From positions 117 through 64,116 of the forward strand of contig CAZNIO010000007.1 in the NCBI GenBank assembly GCA_964573135.1: a stretch of DNA of 64,000 nucleotides, given 5' to 3'. This stretch comes from an uncultured Gammaproteobacteria bacterium (lineage in GTDB: Bacteria; Patescibacteriota; Patescibacteriia; UBA2196; GWA2-42-15). The notes under the pieces are model-generated. The model was given only the letters and a program-made list of their open reading frames with translations. It did no database searches and was not told where the DNA came from. The translations under genes were made by a program, and so were the position numbers. This document shows positions 37,810 through 48,794 of the stretch, piece after piece. The first letter of the stretch is position 1. Each line of letters begins with the position of its first letter.

Positions 37810-40629
37810 ATGTCCAATAAAATTGTTATCAAAGGCGCTCGTGTCCATAATCTGCAAAATCTTGATCTTGAGATACCTAAGAACAAATTGGTGGTGATCA
37901 CCGGCCTTTCGGGCTCTGGTAAATCAAGTCTTGCCTTTGATACAATCTATGCTGAAGGTCAGCGTCGTTACGTAGAAAGCCTATCTTCCTATGCCAGACA
38001 GTTTTTAGGGCCTAAAGGCAAGCCCGACGTTGAAAGTATCGAGGGGCTTTCGCCAGCCATTGCTCTTGACCAGCGACCAATCTCTAACAACCCGCGTTCT
38101 ACTGTGGGCACCATAACTGATGTCTATGATTATTTGCGTGTGTTCTACGCGCGTCTTGGCGTAGCTCACTGTCCAGAGTGCAAAAAACCGCTTGGTCAGC
38201 AAACCAAAGAGCAGATACTAAAGAATATACACAAACTATTTGATGGTAAGGAATTTCTTGTCCTGTCACCACTGGTTAAAGAACGGACAGGCGAGCATTT
38301 AAAAATACTTCGTCAAATTAGCAAAACTAAATATACTCAAGTGCGTATTGATAATGAGATCTATCCTAACCGCAACTTGGATGATATCGGCTTAGACGCG
38401 AATAAGAAACACACTATTGAGGTAATCATCGCTGAAATCGATCTTGCAACTAATAGCAATGGAGATAAATTGCCAAAGCTTTCACAAATAGTCTCTACCG
38501 CCCTTGACCTCAGTAATGGTTCTCTGGTTATCTATTATCCAGAAGAAGATGTCAATCATTTTTTCACACAAAACCTGGCTTGTTTTGAATGTAATATTAA
38601 TTTAGATTCAATTGAGCCCAGGCTTTTTTCTTTTAATTCTCCACGTGGAGCTTGCCCTGATTGTAAAGGTCTTGGTACCCGCCTAGATTTGGATGCTAAT
38701 TTACTTGTACCCAGCCAAAAGCTTACTTTAGCCGAAGGCGCCATTCGTCCTTTTTCACGACTTAATGGCTCTGCTTCTTCATCTGGCATGAAAACTCTAG
38801 AAAATTTAGGAAAACAATATGATTTTTCAATTAATACACCTTGGAACAAACTGACTGAATCTCAAAAAGATATTATTCTTTGCGGAGAGGCCAACGGACA
38901 AAAACTCTCAAAAAAAGATCAACGAAAGTATGCTGGTGTTGTAAATATCTTACTTAAGAAATATGAGGGCAGTGACTCAGAATATGTACGTGGTGAAATT
39001 TCTAAATATATGCGGATAAGGCAGTGTGAAACTTGTCATGGTCAAAGGCTTAAGCCAGAAAGTTTAAATGTGACAGTGGGAGACAAAAACATTTCCGAAG
39101 TTGCTCAAATGACCATTGACAAGGCTAAGCAATTTTTAAATTCTCTCAAATTTTCTTCTCGGGATAAGAAAATAGGGCAACCGTTAATTAAACAAATTGT
39201 TTTTAGATTAAAGCTCTTGTCTGATGTTGGATTAAATTATTTAACCCTTGATCGTTCAGCTGAGACCCTCTCAGGCGGGGAGGCCCAGCGTTCACGTTTG
39301 GCCACTCAAATTGGTTCTGGACTATCTGGAGTTATATATATTCTTGATGAACCATCTATTGGTTTGCATCAAAAAGATAATGACAAACTCATTGGTACAT
39401 TAAAAAAACTTAGAAGTTTAGATAATACCATTATTGTGGTTGAACATGATGAAGCCACTATTCTTGCCAGTGACTGGGTAATTGATATCGGTCCAGGGGC
39501 TGGCAAGCATGGCGGGCAATTAGTCGCTCAAGGCAAACCCGAGATTTTTATGAAAAATAAAAATTCCTTGACCGCTGACTATTTGTCAGGCCGCAAAAAA
39601 ATTGAGCCCCCCAGTAAAAATCATCATGGAAATGGTAAAAAGATAGAGATTCTTGGGGCTTCTGAATTTAATTTACAAAATATTGATGCCCGTATACCTT
39701 TGGGTAAGTTGGTTTGTGTTACTGGTGTTTCAGGATCTGGTAAATCTACCCTAGTCACAGACATTCTTTCTCGTGCTTTAGCCCAGAAATTTTATCGGGC
39801 AAAGGAACTGCCAGGAAAACACAAAGCCATTAAGGGTATGGAATATATTAATAAGGTGGTAACAATTGATCAAAGCCCTATTGGTCGCACACCACGCTCC
39901 AACCCCGCCACCTATACAGGCGTTTTCACATATATCCGTGATTTATTCACTGGTATCCCAGAAAGTCGCATTAAGGGGCTGACTGCTGGTCACTTCTCCT
40001 TTAATGTCAAGGGGGGGCGTTGTGAGGCTTGTGAAGGGGACGGAGTTCTCAAAGTTGAAATGCATTTCTTGCCGGATGTATATGTTACTTGTGAAGAGTG
40101 CCAAGGACACCGTTATCGCCAAGAAGTTCTAGAAATATATTATAGAGGTAAAAATATCTCAGATATTTTAGAAATGACCGTTGAAGATGCTTTGGAATTC
40201 TTCAAGGATATAACTCCCATTGCCAGTAAACTTAAAATTCTTGATGATGTTGGTCTTGGCTATATTCACCTTGGTCAGCCAGCCACCACACTGTCTGGTG
40301 GTGAAGCCCAGCGAATTAAACTGGCCGCTGAGCTCTCAAGACGTGCTACTGGCCGCACTCTATATATATTGGACGAACCAACCACTGGTTTACATTTTGA
40401 AGACATAAAAAAATTGCTTAAAGTTTTGAATAAATTGGTCGACAAAGGTAATACAGTACTTGTTATTGAACATAATCTTGATGTTATAAAATGTGCTGAC
40501 TGGATATTAGATATTGGACCCGGCGGAGGGGACAAAGGCGGACAAATTGTTACTCAAGGTACCCCTCAAACCGTCGCTCAATGCAAAAAAAGTTATACCG
40601 GACAATTTCTAAAAAATGTTTTAAAATAG
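37810..40629 (+). CDS. uvrA: Excinuclease ABC subunit A (canonical-length UvrA).
   Basis: Two ABC modules with Walker [10 protein letters not shown] and GVSGSGKST, signature LSGGE twice, and zinc-finger cysteines CPEC, CFEC, CPDC, CEAC. Confidence 0.95.
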   Translation: MSNKIVIKGARVHNLQNLDLEIPKNKLVVITGLSGSGKSSLAFDTIYAEGQRRYVESLSSYARQFLGPKGKPDVESIEGLSPAIALDQRPISNNPRSTVGTITDVYDYLRVFYARLGVAHCPECKKPLGQQTKEQILKNIHKLFDGKEFLVLSPLVKERTGEHLKILRQISKTKYTQVRIDNEIYPNRNLDDIGLDANKKHTIEVIIAEIDLATNSNGDKLPKLSQIVSTALDLSNGSLVIYYPEEDVNHFFTQNLACFECNINLDSIEPRLFSFNSPRGACPDCKGLGTRLDLDANLLVPSQKLTLAEGAIRPFSRLNGSASSSGMKTLENLGKQYDFSINTPWNKLTESQKDIILCGEANGQKLSKKDQRKYAGVVNILLKKYEGSDSEYVRGEISKYMRIRQCETCHGQRLKPESLNVTVGDKNISEVAQMTIDKAKQFLNSLKFSSRDKKIGQPLIKQIVFRLKLLSDVGLNYLTLDRSAETLSGGEAQRSRLATQIGSGLSGVIYILDEPSIGLHQKDNDKLIGTLKKLRSLDNTIIVVEHDEATILASDWVIDIGPGAGKHGGQLVAQGKPEIFMKNKNSLTADYLSGRKKIEPPSKNHHGNGKKIEILGASEFNLQNIDARIPLGKLVCVTGVSGSGKSTLVTDILSRALAQKFYRAKELPGKHKAIKGMEYINKVVTIDQSPIGRTPRSNPATYTGVFTYIRDLFTGIPESRIKGLTAGHFSFNVKGGRCEACEGDGVLKVEMHFLPDVYVTCEECQGHRYRQEVLEIYYRGKNISDILEMTVEDALEFFKDITPIASKLKILDDVGLGYIHLGQPATTLSGGEAQRIKLAAELSRRATGRTLYILDEPTTGLHFEDIKKLLKVLNKLVDKGNTVLVIEHNLDVIKCADWILDIGPGGGDKGGQIVTQGTPQTVAQCKKSYTGQFLKNVLK

Positions 40630-40653
40630 CTGTATAAATTAAAAGGAAACTAT

Positions 40654-40935
40654 ATGTCTCATCATGATAAAAATAACTTTACAGAGGAGCAAGCCAGGGC
40701 AGTCGGGGAGCAATTGGGTATTGATTGGTCCAAATTCGATGTTGAACAATTCCGTCATGGTATGGATATTGAGCTTGAGCATGGCACACTTGATCCAAAT
40801 ACCAATGTTACAGGTGACGATGCCTTAGTTACTGGTAAAATAACTCTGGCTCACTTGAATGAGTTTTCAGACTATTATCATCGTTTAGATAAGATGGAAG
40901 AGGAAGCAGAAGAATACTGGCAGGATAAACAATGA
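40654..40935 (+). CDS. Small acidic hypothetical protein.
   Basis: ORF with a sensible start context; no recognised family. Confidence 0.35.
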   Translation: MSHHDKNNFTEEQARAVGEQLGIDWSKFDVEQFRHGMDIELEHGTLDPNTNVTGDDALVTGKITLAHLNEFSDYYHRLDKMEEEAEEYWQDKQ

Positions 40936-40947
40936 AATCTTACACTG

Positions 40948-40982
40948 CACTTAAAAACAGCTTTTTATTCAGAGCTGTTTTT
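40948..40982. terminator. Hairpin terminator between convergent genes.
   Basis: aaaaacagctttttattcagagctgttttt. Confidence 0.5.
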
Positions 40983-41018
40983 ATCTATACTTTTTCCCAT
41001 CTGGGCATCTGCATGCCA

Positions 41019-41633
41019 CTAGATTTTTTTCTTGGTCAGCTTGGTTAATTCTTCTCTGATCTCTTTCCAGCTAACTTTTTCTACCATCCTCGGCAGTGGC
41101 TCTTTTTCTGCATCCTCAAAATATATCAAACTTTTAAGTATATGTGGTAGATTATAATCAAAGCCTCTATATTTTCTACTAAATGTTTTGACTAACAACT
41201 CAAACGATATTTGTTTTAAAATAAAGTACAAGTCAATAAAATCTTTTTTACTGCCCCTGCCAGATACTGCAGTGAGTTTCATGCAAGCGATATCTCGCCA
41301 ATCAGCTAAATATGCATTCTCGTATTTCTTTTTTTTATACAATAATTTATATGGGTAATACAAAAAACTAACTGCTACACTATCCAAATCAACATGCAAC
41401 GTGTCCTCATCTTGAGACTTAATTTTTACCTTGCCTATCTTTTGTAATTCACGCTTAATACTGTCCACCTTGAATTTCTTGTAACTAAAAAAATCAAGAT
41501 CTATTGATTGCCTATGCCCAAACTGCAATGCTAAAGCAGTGCCACCAGCTAAATAGAAATTTTTGACGATCTTGGTATTATTAAATAATATTAAAACGCG
41601 CCGCGTCCCTGGCGCGAGAGTCTTTTCGAACAT
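41019..41633 (-). CDS. AbiEii/AbiGii-family nucleotidyltransferase (type IV TA toxin-like).
   Basis: FYLAGGTALALQFGHRQSIDLDFF resembles the GGTALxLxxxxRxSxDIDF motif of Pfam NTP_transf_AbiEii. Confidence 0.6.
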   Translation of the reverse strand: MFEKTLAPGTRRVLILFNNTKIVKNFYLAGGTALALQFGHRQSIDLDFFSYKKFKVDSIKRELQKIGKVKIKSQDEDTLHVDLDSVAVSFLYYPYKLLYKKKKYENAYLADWRDIACMKLTAVSGRGSKKDFIDLYFILKQISFELLVKTFSRKYRGFDYNLPHILKSLIYFEDAEKEPLPRMVEKVSWKEIREELTKLTKKKI

Positions 41634-41887
41634 AAAAATTTGTTTTTAGGAATATTAAAAATTAAACTCCAAAAATTCCAACTCTTTTTATCTAAATTAC
41701 TTATCTGTACAGCTATTTTTTTAATCTCTTTTATCCCGTAATGCTTTTTAGCTTCCTGCCAATCTTTCTTGTCGCCATACACCAAAATCCTTTGTATAAC
41801 GTATTTTTTATGTTTGTCAAAATCAATATCTTTTATATTGACATCCCAGAAAAGCGTCTTATTTAACTTTGGTTTTTTCTTGATCAT
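41591..41887 (-). CDS. Small protein overlapping the AbiEii-like gene by 43 bp (possible cognate partner).
   Basis: Overlapping co-directional ORF; no recognised family. Confidence 0.35.
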   Translation of the reverse strand: MIKKKPKLNKTLFWDVNIKDIDFDKHKKYVIQRILVYGDKKDWQEAKKHYGIKEIKKIAVQISNLDKKSWNFWSLIFNIPKNKFLCSKRLSRQGRGAF

Positions 41888-41961
41888 ATCTTAATTTTAC
41901 CATGTAAACCAGGCCAATGCAATCCAATTTTTTGCCTTTTATCAGCATTTCTCGTACAATG

Positions 41962-43170
41962 CTAGATCTGTAATTTTCTTAGCTTTCTTTGATAGTTGAT
42001 GGCAAATCTATGTGCCTCATCTCTGGCTTGTATTAATAGCGTCTTATTTTTCTCTATCCATTCTTTTAAATATTTTTCTTGTATACTAGAAATTCCTATA
42101 AATTCATCCTTTTTACGGCTCTTTCCTTTGGCAATACCAATTATAGGAATTTTTGGTATTATTTTTTTTGCTACATTTACTTGAGGTCTACCGCCGTCAA
42201 CCAATATCAAATCAGGCTTGGGCCAGTCTCCGGTTTTCCGTAAGAAACGTCGATAGAATATTTCTTTTAAGCAGGCCACATCACTTTGGCCTTCAACTGT
42301 TTTTATTTTAAATTTCCTATATTCCGATTTTACCGGTCCATTCTCATCAAAAACTACCATTGAGCCCACCTTGCCCGTCTCGCCCAGGTTAGAAATATCA
42401 TATCCTTCTATTCTTATGCCTTTCAATCTATTTTTTAAGTCTTTCTCATAGAAATCTTTAGTTAAAAGAGACACATCTTGGATATGTTTTAATTTACCAA
42501 TTTGGTTTCGCAATCTTCCCGCTTCTTCAAAGTTTTCTTTCCTTGACTCATTCTTCATTTTTTTTGCCAATTCTCCAATCAATCTTTTCTTGTTCCCCCT
42601 CAAGAATTGAATTAACGGTTTAATTACCTTGTCTTTATAATCCATTGAATTTATCTCGCCAGTGCACACTCCTAAACATTGATGCATTTGATAGTAAAAA
42701 CATGGTTTTTTGGCGTTCGGCTGACAAGTTGAAATATTAAATATCTTTTGTAAGATTTTAAGCATCTCCTTGGTCTTAATTCCAGGAAATGGTCCAAATA
42801 TATATCCTTTAATTTTCTTCTTTACCTCATGTTGTCTAATAACTTCTAATCTTGGATATTTATCTTTTGTAATTAAAAGATAATTCCAGCTTTTATCGTC
42901 TTTGCCATCCACATTGTATTTTGGCTGGTATTTTTTAATATAATTTGCTTCAAGGATTATAGCTTCTATTAGGGAGTCTGTCACAATCCATTTAATGTTT
43001 TTTATTTGGCTTACATTGTTTTCAATTGGGCGTGGAGTTTTAGTAGAGCCAAAGTAACTTGTTACTCTATTTTTTAATGACGTTGCCCGGCCAACATAAA
43101 TCAACTCTTTTTTGGTATTATAAAAAAGGTAAATACCTGGTTTATTTGGGATTTTAGATAGTTTTTTCAT
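41962..43170 (-). CDS. uvrC: Short UvrC-like excinuclease subunit (GIY-YIG, Cys motif, UVR-like helix, RNase-H-like endonuclease domain, no C-terminal HhH).
   Basis: GIYLFYNTKKELIYVGRATSLKNRVTSYF (GIY-YIG); YDISNLGETGKVGSMVVFDENGPVKSEYRKFKIK (UvrC endonuclease domain); 4-bp start/stop overlap with uvrA2. Confidence 0.75.
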   Translation of the reverse strand: MKKLSKIPNKPGIYLFYNTKKELIYVGRATSLKNRVTSYFGSTKTPRPIENNVSQIKNIKWIVTDSLIEAIILEANYIKKYQPKYNVDGKDDKSWNYLLITKDKYPRLEVIRQHEVKKKIKGYIFGPFPGIKTKEMLKILQKIFNISTCQPNAKKPCFYYQMHQCLGVCTGEINSMDYKDKVIKPLIQFLRGNKKRLIGELAKKMKNESRKENFEEAGRLRNQIGKLKHIQDVSLLTKDFYEKDLKNRLKGIRIEGYDISNLGETGKVGSMVVFDENGPVKSEYRKFKIKTVEGQSDVACLKEIFYRRFLRKTGDWPKPDLILVDGGRPQVNVAKKIIPKIPIIGIAKGKSRKKDEFIGISSIQEKYLKEWIEKNKTLLIQARDEAHRFAINYQRKLRKLQI

Positions 43171-45734
43171 AATGTTCTCTTCAAATACTTCCCCGTATGT
43201 GAGTAGGCGTATTGCGAAATAGCTTTTGGCGTGCCAGCGTAAACCACTTCTCCTCCCTCATCCCCGCCTTCAGGCCCCAAATCTATTATCCAATCCGCAC
43301 ATTTGATTAGATCTAAATTATGTTCAATAACCATGACAGTATTTCCATGATCTACCAGTCGCTGCAATACGTCTATTAGTTTTTTCACATCCTCATAATG
43401 TAAGCCCACTGTTGGCTCATCGAGTAGGTACAAAGTTCTTGTTGTACCTTTTTTTGATAATTCTTTCGATAATTTAGTTCTTTGTGCTTCTCCCCCAGAC
43501 AATGTTTTTGAAGATTGTCCCAACTCCAAATAATCTAAACCCACTTCATTTAAAACTTTTAATTTGTCATAAATAAATGGAATATCTTTGAAGAATTTTT
43601 CTGCTTCTTCAATTGTCATTTCTAAAATATCTGCAATATTTTTTCTCTTATAATGAATATCCAATGTTTCTTTATTAAATCTTTTTCCTTTACACACATC
43701 GCATGTAATTTCAACACTTGGTAGAAAATGCATCTCAATTTCAAGCGTGCCCCTGCCGTGGCAATTTTCACATCGGCCTCCTGGCCGATTAAAACTAAAT
43801 CTGCCCGGCCGATACCCCTTCATGCGCGCTTCAGGTGTAGCTGCAAAAAGTTCTCTTATATATCCCCAAGTATTAGTGTACGTGGCGGGATTTGATCTGG
43901 GGCTTCTGCCTATCGGACTTTGGCTAATCCTAACTATCCTATCAATATATTCAATATTGCTAATTTTTTTATGCTCCCCCACCTTATATTTGCTATGATT
44001 TAATTTATTTGAAATTGAATTATATATAATTTCATTCATTAGGGTTGATTTGCCAGAACCAGACACCCCGGTTAAACACACAAAACGTCTCAAGGGAATT
44101 TCTGTTGTTATATTTTTTAGATTATTCTCTTTTGCCCCAAATATTTTGAGCTTGGGTATTGTTTTATCTATTTTTCTTGGTTTTTCAGGTAAGCTGATTT
44201 TTTCTTCACCTCGCAGATATTTTCCCGTTAAAGATTTTTTTGCTTCCCCTTGTGTTTTAGCTATTGTTTCTTGCTTGGCTCTATTTGGTATAAGCATTTG
44301 ATCAGTTGGTCCAGAATATATTATTTCACCTCCATGTACTCCGGCTTTTGGTCCGATATCAACCATCCAATCACTGGCTAAAATCGTATCTTCATCATGT
44401 TCTACTACAATTATGGTGTTTCCCGCGTCGCACAAGTCGCGCAAAGTTTTTATTAATTTCTCATTATCTCGCTGATGCAAGCCAATTGTCGGCTCATCAA
44501 GTACATACAGCGCTCCAACTAATCTCGTACCCACCTGCGAAGCTAGTCGGATCCTTTGAGCCTCACCCCCAGATAATGTGCCGGCCTTTCTATTTAAAGT
44601 CAGATAATGTAGGCCCACATCAAGCATAAATTTTAATCTATTTTTTATCTCATTTAATATTACCTGAGCGATTTCCTTCTGTTGCTTGTTGAGTTTTTTA
44701 TCAAGCTCATCAAAAAAATTGGCAGTTTCTCCGATTGTCATGGCTGTTACTTCCCAAATATTTTTGTTATTAATCCTCACTGCCAAAGCATCATTATTTA
44801 ATCTCTTGCCTTCACATTTTGGGCAGATCTCTTGGCTAAAAAGAGTTACCGTACCAAGACCCGTGCAATGTTCACAATATCCGTATGGGGAATTAAAAGA
44901 AAAAAGTCTTGGTTCAATTTCTGGAAAACTATATCCCTCATGCGGGCAAGCGTATTCCCCGCTAAATATTTGCTCTTTTTTATCTGGATAAATTACCTGG
45001 CACAACCCGTCTGATAGATCCACTGCCGTTTCAATGGCCTCATTTAACCTTTTGCCATATTCTTTCTTGGTTATGGGTTGTGACAGGTCAACTATCGGCA
45101 GTTTATCTATTACCACTTCAATCGTATGTTTAAAATTCTTTTTTAAAGCTATTTTATTACGCAACGACTTAAATTTACCGTCCACTCGCACCTCTAAAAA
45201 TCCTGAGTTATATAAATCATAAAGCATTTGATAATATTCTCCTTTTCTGCCACGCACCACCGGTGAGAGTATTATAAGTTGTTGTTTTTCTTTATTCTTT
45301 TTAATTTTTTTAAAAATATTTTCCGTCATTTCATCCGTCGTCATCTTATCCAATCTTGTATTACATTTTGGACAATGCGGTTTGCCAATACGTGCGTATA
45401 ATACCCTTAAATAATCATAAATTTCTGTGATTGTGGCTACCGTAGATCTTGGGTTAGCACTATGTGCTCTTTGATCAATTGATATAGCAGGGGAGAGGCC
45501 ATCAATCTCATCTACATCCGGTTTTTGCATGCCGCCCAAAAATTGTCTGGCATATGCTGATAGGCTTTCAATATATCTTCGCTGTCCTTCAGCAAATATG
45601 GTATCAAAAGCCAGGCTGGATTTGCCTGACCCAGAAAGTCCTGTGAAAACTATCATTTTATTTCTTGGCAGCTCAAGACTAATATTTTTTAAATTATGCT
45701 CTCTTGCTCCTTTAATTACTATTTTTTCATGCAT
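43167..45734 (-). CDS. uvrA: Second UvrA paralog (855 aa), in an operon with uvrB and uvrC.
   Basis: Walker [10 protein letters not shown] and GVSGSGKST, signature LSGGE twice, zinc-finger cysteines; about 84 aa shorter than the copy at 37810. Confidence 0.9.
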   Translation of the reverse strand: MHEKIVIKGAREHNLKNISLELPRNKMIVFTGLSGSGKSSLAFDTIFAEGQRRYIESLSAYARQFLGGMQKPDVDEIDGLSPAISIDQRAHSANPRSTVATITEIYDYLRVLYARIGKPHCPKCNTRLDKMTTDEMTENIFKKIKKNKEKQQLIILSPVVRGRKGEYYQMLYDLYNSGFLEVRVDGKFKSLRNKIALKKNFKHTIEVVIDKLPIVDLSQPITKKEYGKRLNEAIETAVDLSDGLCQVIYPDKKEQIFSGEYACPHEGYSFPEIEPRLFSFNSPYGYCEHCTGLGTVTLFSQEICPKCEGKRLNNDALAVRINNKNIWEVTAMTIGETANFFDELDKKLNKQQKEIAQVILNEIKNRLKFMLDVGLHYLTLNRKAGTLSGGEAQRIRLASQVGTRLVGALYVLDEPTIGLHQRDNEKLIKTLRDLCDAGNTIIVVEHDEDTILASDWMVDIGPKAGVHGGEIIYSGPTDQMLIPNRAKQETIAKTQGEAKKSLTGKYLRGEEKISLPEKPRKIDKTIPKLKIFGAKENNLKNITTEIPLRRFVCLTGVSGSGKSTLMNEIIYNSISNKLNHSKYKVGEHKKISNIEYIDRIVRISQSPIGRSPRSNPATYTNTWGYIRELFAATPEARMKGYRPGRFSFNRPGGRCENCHGRGTLEIEMHFLPSVEITCDVCKGKRFNKETLDIHYKRKNIADILEMTIEEAEKFFKDIPFIYDKLKVLNEVGLDYLELGQSSKTLSGGEAQRTKLSKELSKKGTTRTLYLLDEPTVGLHYEDVKKLIDVLQRLVDHGNTVMVIEHNLDLIKCADWIIDLGPEGGDEGGEVVYAGTPKAISQYAYSHTGKYLKRTL

Positions 45735-45804
45735 ATACTATAAATGCCCCCGAGTTCTTTTACTAGGGGGTGTATTAAGGATATTAGCTTACTCTCATTA
45801 TATT

Positions 45805-47847
45805 TTAATCTTTCTTAGTCGTCAAACTCTTGCGTAATTCTCTAATTTCATCTCTTAAAATTGCCGCTAATTCAAACTGTAACTCTTTGGCAGCTTTTTT
45901 CATCTGCTTTTCTTTTTCTTTGGTTATTTCCTCCATTTTTCTGTCATCGCCCAGCGTATCAAGATCTAAAATTGCCTTACTTCTGGCTTTGCCTTTAAGT
46001 TTTCTTACTCCCTTACTCTTGCCACGCATCGTTATACCAAATTCTTCTAGAATGTTTTTAATGTTTTTCTCAATTGTCCTTGGTGTAATTCCATGCTTCT
46101 CATTATATTCCATCTGGATTTTCCTTCTCCTATCAGTTTCTTTTAAAGCTTGCTTAATAGATCCAGTTATCTTGTCAGCATAAATCATTACTTGTCCATT
46201 CACGTTACGCGCTGCTCTGCCAATTGTTTGTATTAGAGAAGTTTCATTTCGAAGGAATCCCTCCTTATCAGCATCTAGAATGGCTACCAGAGATACTTCT
46301 GGTATATCTAAGCCCTCACGCAAGAGATTTACCCCTACAATTACATCAATTTTTCCCTGTCTCAATTGCATAATAATATCAATGCGCTCCAAAGTATTAA
46401 TTTCTGAATGCAGATACCGTACCTTTATTTTTTTCTTTTCTAAATACTCAGTTAAATCTTCTGCCATGCGCTTAGTTAGAGTAGTTACAAGCACTTTTTC
46501 TTGCTTTTTAATCCTTTCCCCAATACGTATGATTAAATCTTCTATTTGAGACAAATTTTCTCTACCCGTAATCGGTTTAACTATTACTTGAGGATCAATT
46601 AGTCCTGTAGGTCTTACAATCTGCTCAACTATTTTATCGCTTTCTCTTATCTCAATTTCACTTGGTGTAGCCGACATATATATAACTTGCTTTACGCGCT
46701 TAGCAAACTCTTGATACTTTAATGGTCTATTATCAATTGCAGATGGTAATCTAAAGCCATGCTCAATTAAAGTTTCCTTTCTCGCCTTGTCTCCCAGATA
46801 CATCCCTCTGATTTGTGGCAATGTTACATGTGACTCATCAATCACAGTCAAAAAGTCCGGGGAATTATGTTTAAAATAGTCAAGTAAAGAAAATGGCGGT
46901 TCTCCTGGTAGTCTTTTTTCAAAATGCCTGGAATAATTTTCAATACCTGAACAATAGCCAATATTTTGAATCATTTCTAAATCATATTTAGTCCTTCTTT
47001 TTAATCTATCATGTTCAAGCACTTTGCCATGTTTTTTAAAGTATTTTAATCTATCCTTCAATTCTTCGCGAATTGTCTTAAACGCATCATTTCTTTGATC
47101 TTGCGTTATAACATAATGTTTGGCTGGGAAAATCCAGACATCCTCTACCTTGTCTTTTACTTTGCGAGTTATGGCATCCACCCTTTCGATCCTTGTAATC
47201 TTTTCTCCAACCTCAAAACGATAAATCATCTCTTCGTTTTGTGGCATTACGTCTAACATTTGTCCGCGTAAACGAAAGGTTCCCCGTTTCAAATTACTGT
47301 TAGTCCTTTCAAATTGCATATCTATAAACTGCCTGGTTAATTCTTTCCTGTTTATTTCTTGCCCCTTTTGTAGATGTAATACAATTTGCTCGTATTCTTT
47401 AGGGGATCCCAAATTGTATATTGCCGATACCGATGCTACTATTATTACATCACGTCTTGTTAGAAGAGCTTGTGTACACGCATGTCTCAATCTATCAATC
47501 TCTTCATTAATTTGCGCCTCTTTTCCAATGTATGTATCGCTGTTTGGCATATATGCCTCTGGCTGATAGTAATCATAATATGACACAAAATATTCCACAG
47601 CATTTTGTGGAAAAAATTCACGAAACTCATTACACAACTGCGCCGCCAATGTCTTATTATGTGATATAACTAAAGTCGGCTGGCATATATTTCTAATTAC
47701 ATTTGCCACCGTATACGTTTTACCAGAGCCAGTTACACCAAGCAATGTCTGCTTGGCATATTTTTTCTCTATGCCGTGCGTCAATTTTTTAATCGCCTGG
47801 GGCTGGTCACCAGCTGGTTTAAATTTTGATTCTAGTTTAAATTCCAT
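45805..47847 (-). CDS. uvrB: Excinuclease ABC subunit B. The start is set at MEFKLESKF (47847); the listed ORF runs to 47910.
   Basis: Helicase motifs GVTGSGKT, DESH, QTIGRAARN, and a C-terminal UVR domain ELAAILRDEIRELR. Confidence 0.93.
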   Translation of the reverse strand: MEFKLESKFKPAGDQPQAIKKLTHGIEKKYAKQTLLGVTGSGKTYTVANVIRNICQPTLVISHNKTLAAQLCNEFREFFPQNAVEYFVSYYDYYQPEAYMPNSDTYIGKEAQINEEIDRLRHACTQALLTRRDVIIVASVSAIYNLGSPKEYEQIVLHLQKGQEINRKELTRQFIDMQFERTNSNLKRGTFRLRGQMLDVMPQNEEMIYRFEVGEKITRIERVDAITRKVKDKVEDVWIFPAKHYVITQDQRNDAFKTIREELKDRLKYFKKHGKVLEHDRLKRRTKYDLEMIQNIGYCSGIENYSRHFEKRLPGEPPFSLLDYFKHNSPDFLTVIDESHVTLPQIRGMYLGDKARKETLIEHGFRLPSAIDNRPLKYQEFAKRVKQVIYMSATPSEIEIRESDKIVEQIVRPTGLIDPQVIVKPITGRENLSQIEDLIIRIGERIKKQEKVLVTTLTKRMAEDLTEYLEKKKIKVRYLHSEINTLERIDIIMQLRQGKIDVIVGVNLLREGLDIPEVSLVAILDADKEGFLRNETSLIQTIGRAARNVNGQVMIYADKITGSIKQALKETDRRRKIQMEYNEKHGITPRTIEKNIKNILEEFGITMRGKSKGVRKLKGKARSKAILDLDTLGDDRKMEEITKEKEKQMKKAAKELQFELAAILRDEIRELRKSLTTKKD

Positions 47848-47852
47848 ATTTT

Positions 47853-48794
47853 TTGCCTTTTGGCAGTATTTCTCGTACAATATTAGATATGAGCAACTTG
47901 CAAAAATCAATTTACCTCACTCTATCATATTTTAACCTTTTTGACTATCCCTTATCTAAAGATGAGCTTTTTTCTTGGCTTTTTAAGCCCGAATCGGTTG
48001 ATGATTTTGACAAGCAAGTAGAAGAATTATTAAAGAAAGAAAAAATTGAACATCGAGATGGTTTTTACTTTCTACCCGGCAGACAGGGGACCGCCCATAC
48101 CAGAAAAGAAAGACATTCAATTTCTTTAAGAAAAATTAGAAAAGCCCGTTTTATTGCTTGCCTATTGCGCCTTGTCCCCGGTCTACGCATGATAGCCATT
48201 TGTAGCAACCTGGGTTATTTCAATGCCGATCATAATGCCGACATTGATTTTTTTATTGTTGCTAAGCCCGGCAAAATCTGGACAGTCCGCTTTTGGTCAA
48301 CTTTTTTAATGAAAATATTAGGCCAGCGCCCTTCTAAAAAAAGAATTAAGAATAAGATATGTCTTAGCTACTATGTTACCAGTGATAACCTTAATTTAGA
48401 AGACACCAAAGTAGGAAACCCTGACATCCATCTTACTTATCTTGTCTCACAATATCTGCCCATCTATGATCAAGATAATACTTGGCAGAAATTTTGCCAA
48501 GCCAATGTTTGGCTTAATAAATATTTACCTAATTTTGATTTTGATAGAATAACCAAAAAATATTGCCTTTCCCCATTCCTTTTGTTTGTTAAAAAAATAG
48601 TTGAATCCAGCGTGGCTTCTTTTGAGGAAGGGTTCTATAGGAAAATTCAAAAAAAGATTATGCCCAAAAGTTTAAGGACAGCTGCTCAAAGAGGGGATAA
48701 TAAGGTTATAATTAACGATAAGATGTTAAAATTACATTTAAATGACAAGCGGGAGGAGTACAACCGCAAACTAAAGGATTTTTATGCTGGATGA
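47853..48794 (+). CDS. Hypothetical protein with a possible minimal nucleotidyltransferase-like motif. The likely start is 47889. It overlaps the dprA start by 11 bp.
   Basis: SNLGYFNADHNADIDFFIV resembles the [GS]x(9-13)DxD nucleotidyltransferase signature. Confidence 0.35.
   Translation: MPFGSISRTILDMSNLQKSIYLTLSYFNLFDYPLSKDELFSWLFKPESVDDFDKQVEELLKKEKIEHRDGFYFLPGRQGTAHTRKERHSISLRKIRKARFIACLLRLVPGLRMIAICSNLGYFNADHNADIDFFIVAKPGKIWTVRFWSTFLMKILGQRPSKKRIKNKICLSYYVTSDNLNLEDTKVGNPDIHLTYLVSQYLPIYDQDNTWQKFCQANVWLNKYLPNFDFDRITKKYCLSPFLLFVKKIVESSVASFEEGFYRKIQKKIMPKSLRTAAQRGDNKVIINDKMLKLHLNDKREEYNRKLKDFYAG

Noticed and set aside
45735-45804. Possible hairpin (cccccgag...ctaggggg) between uvrB and uvrA2.
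   Set aside because: Only a 5-bp G/C stem with a 14-nt loop. It is more likely a short intergenic spacer inside the uvrB-uvrA2-uvrC operon.
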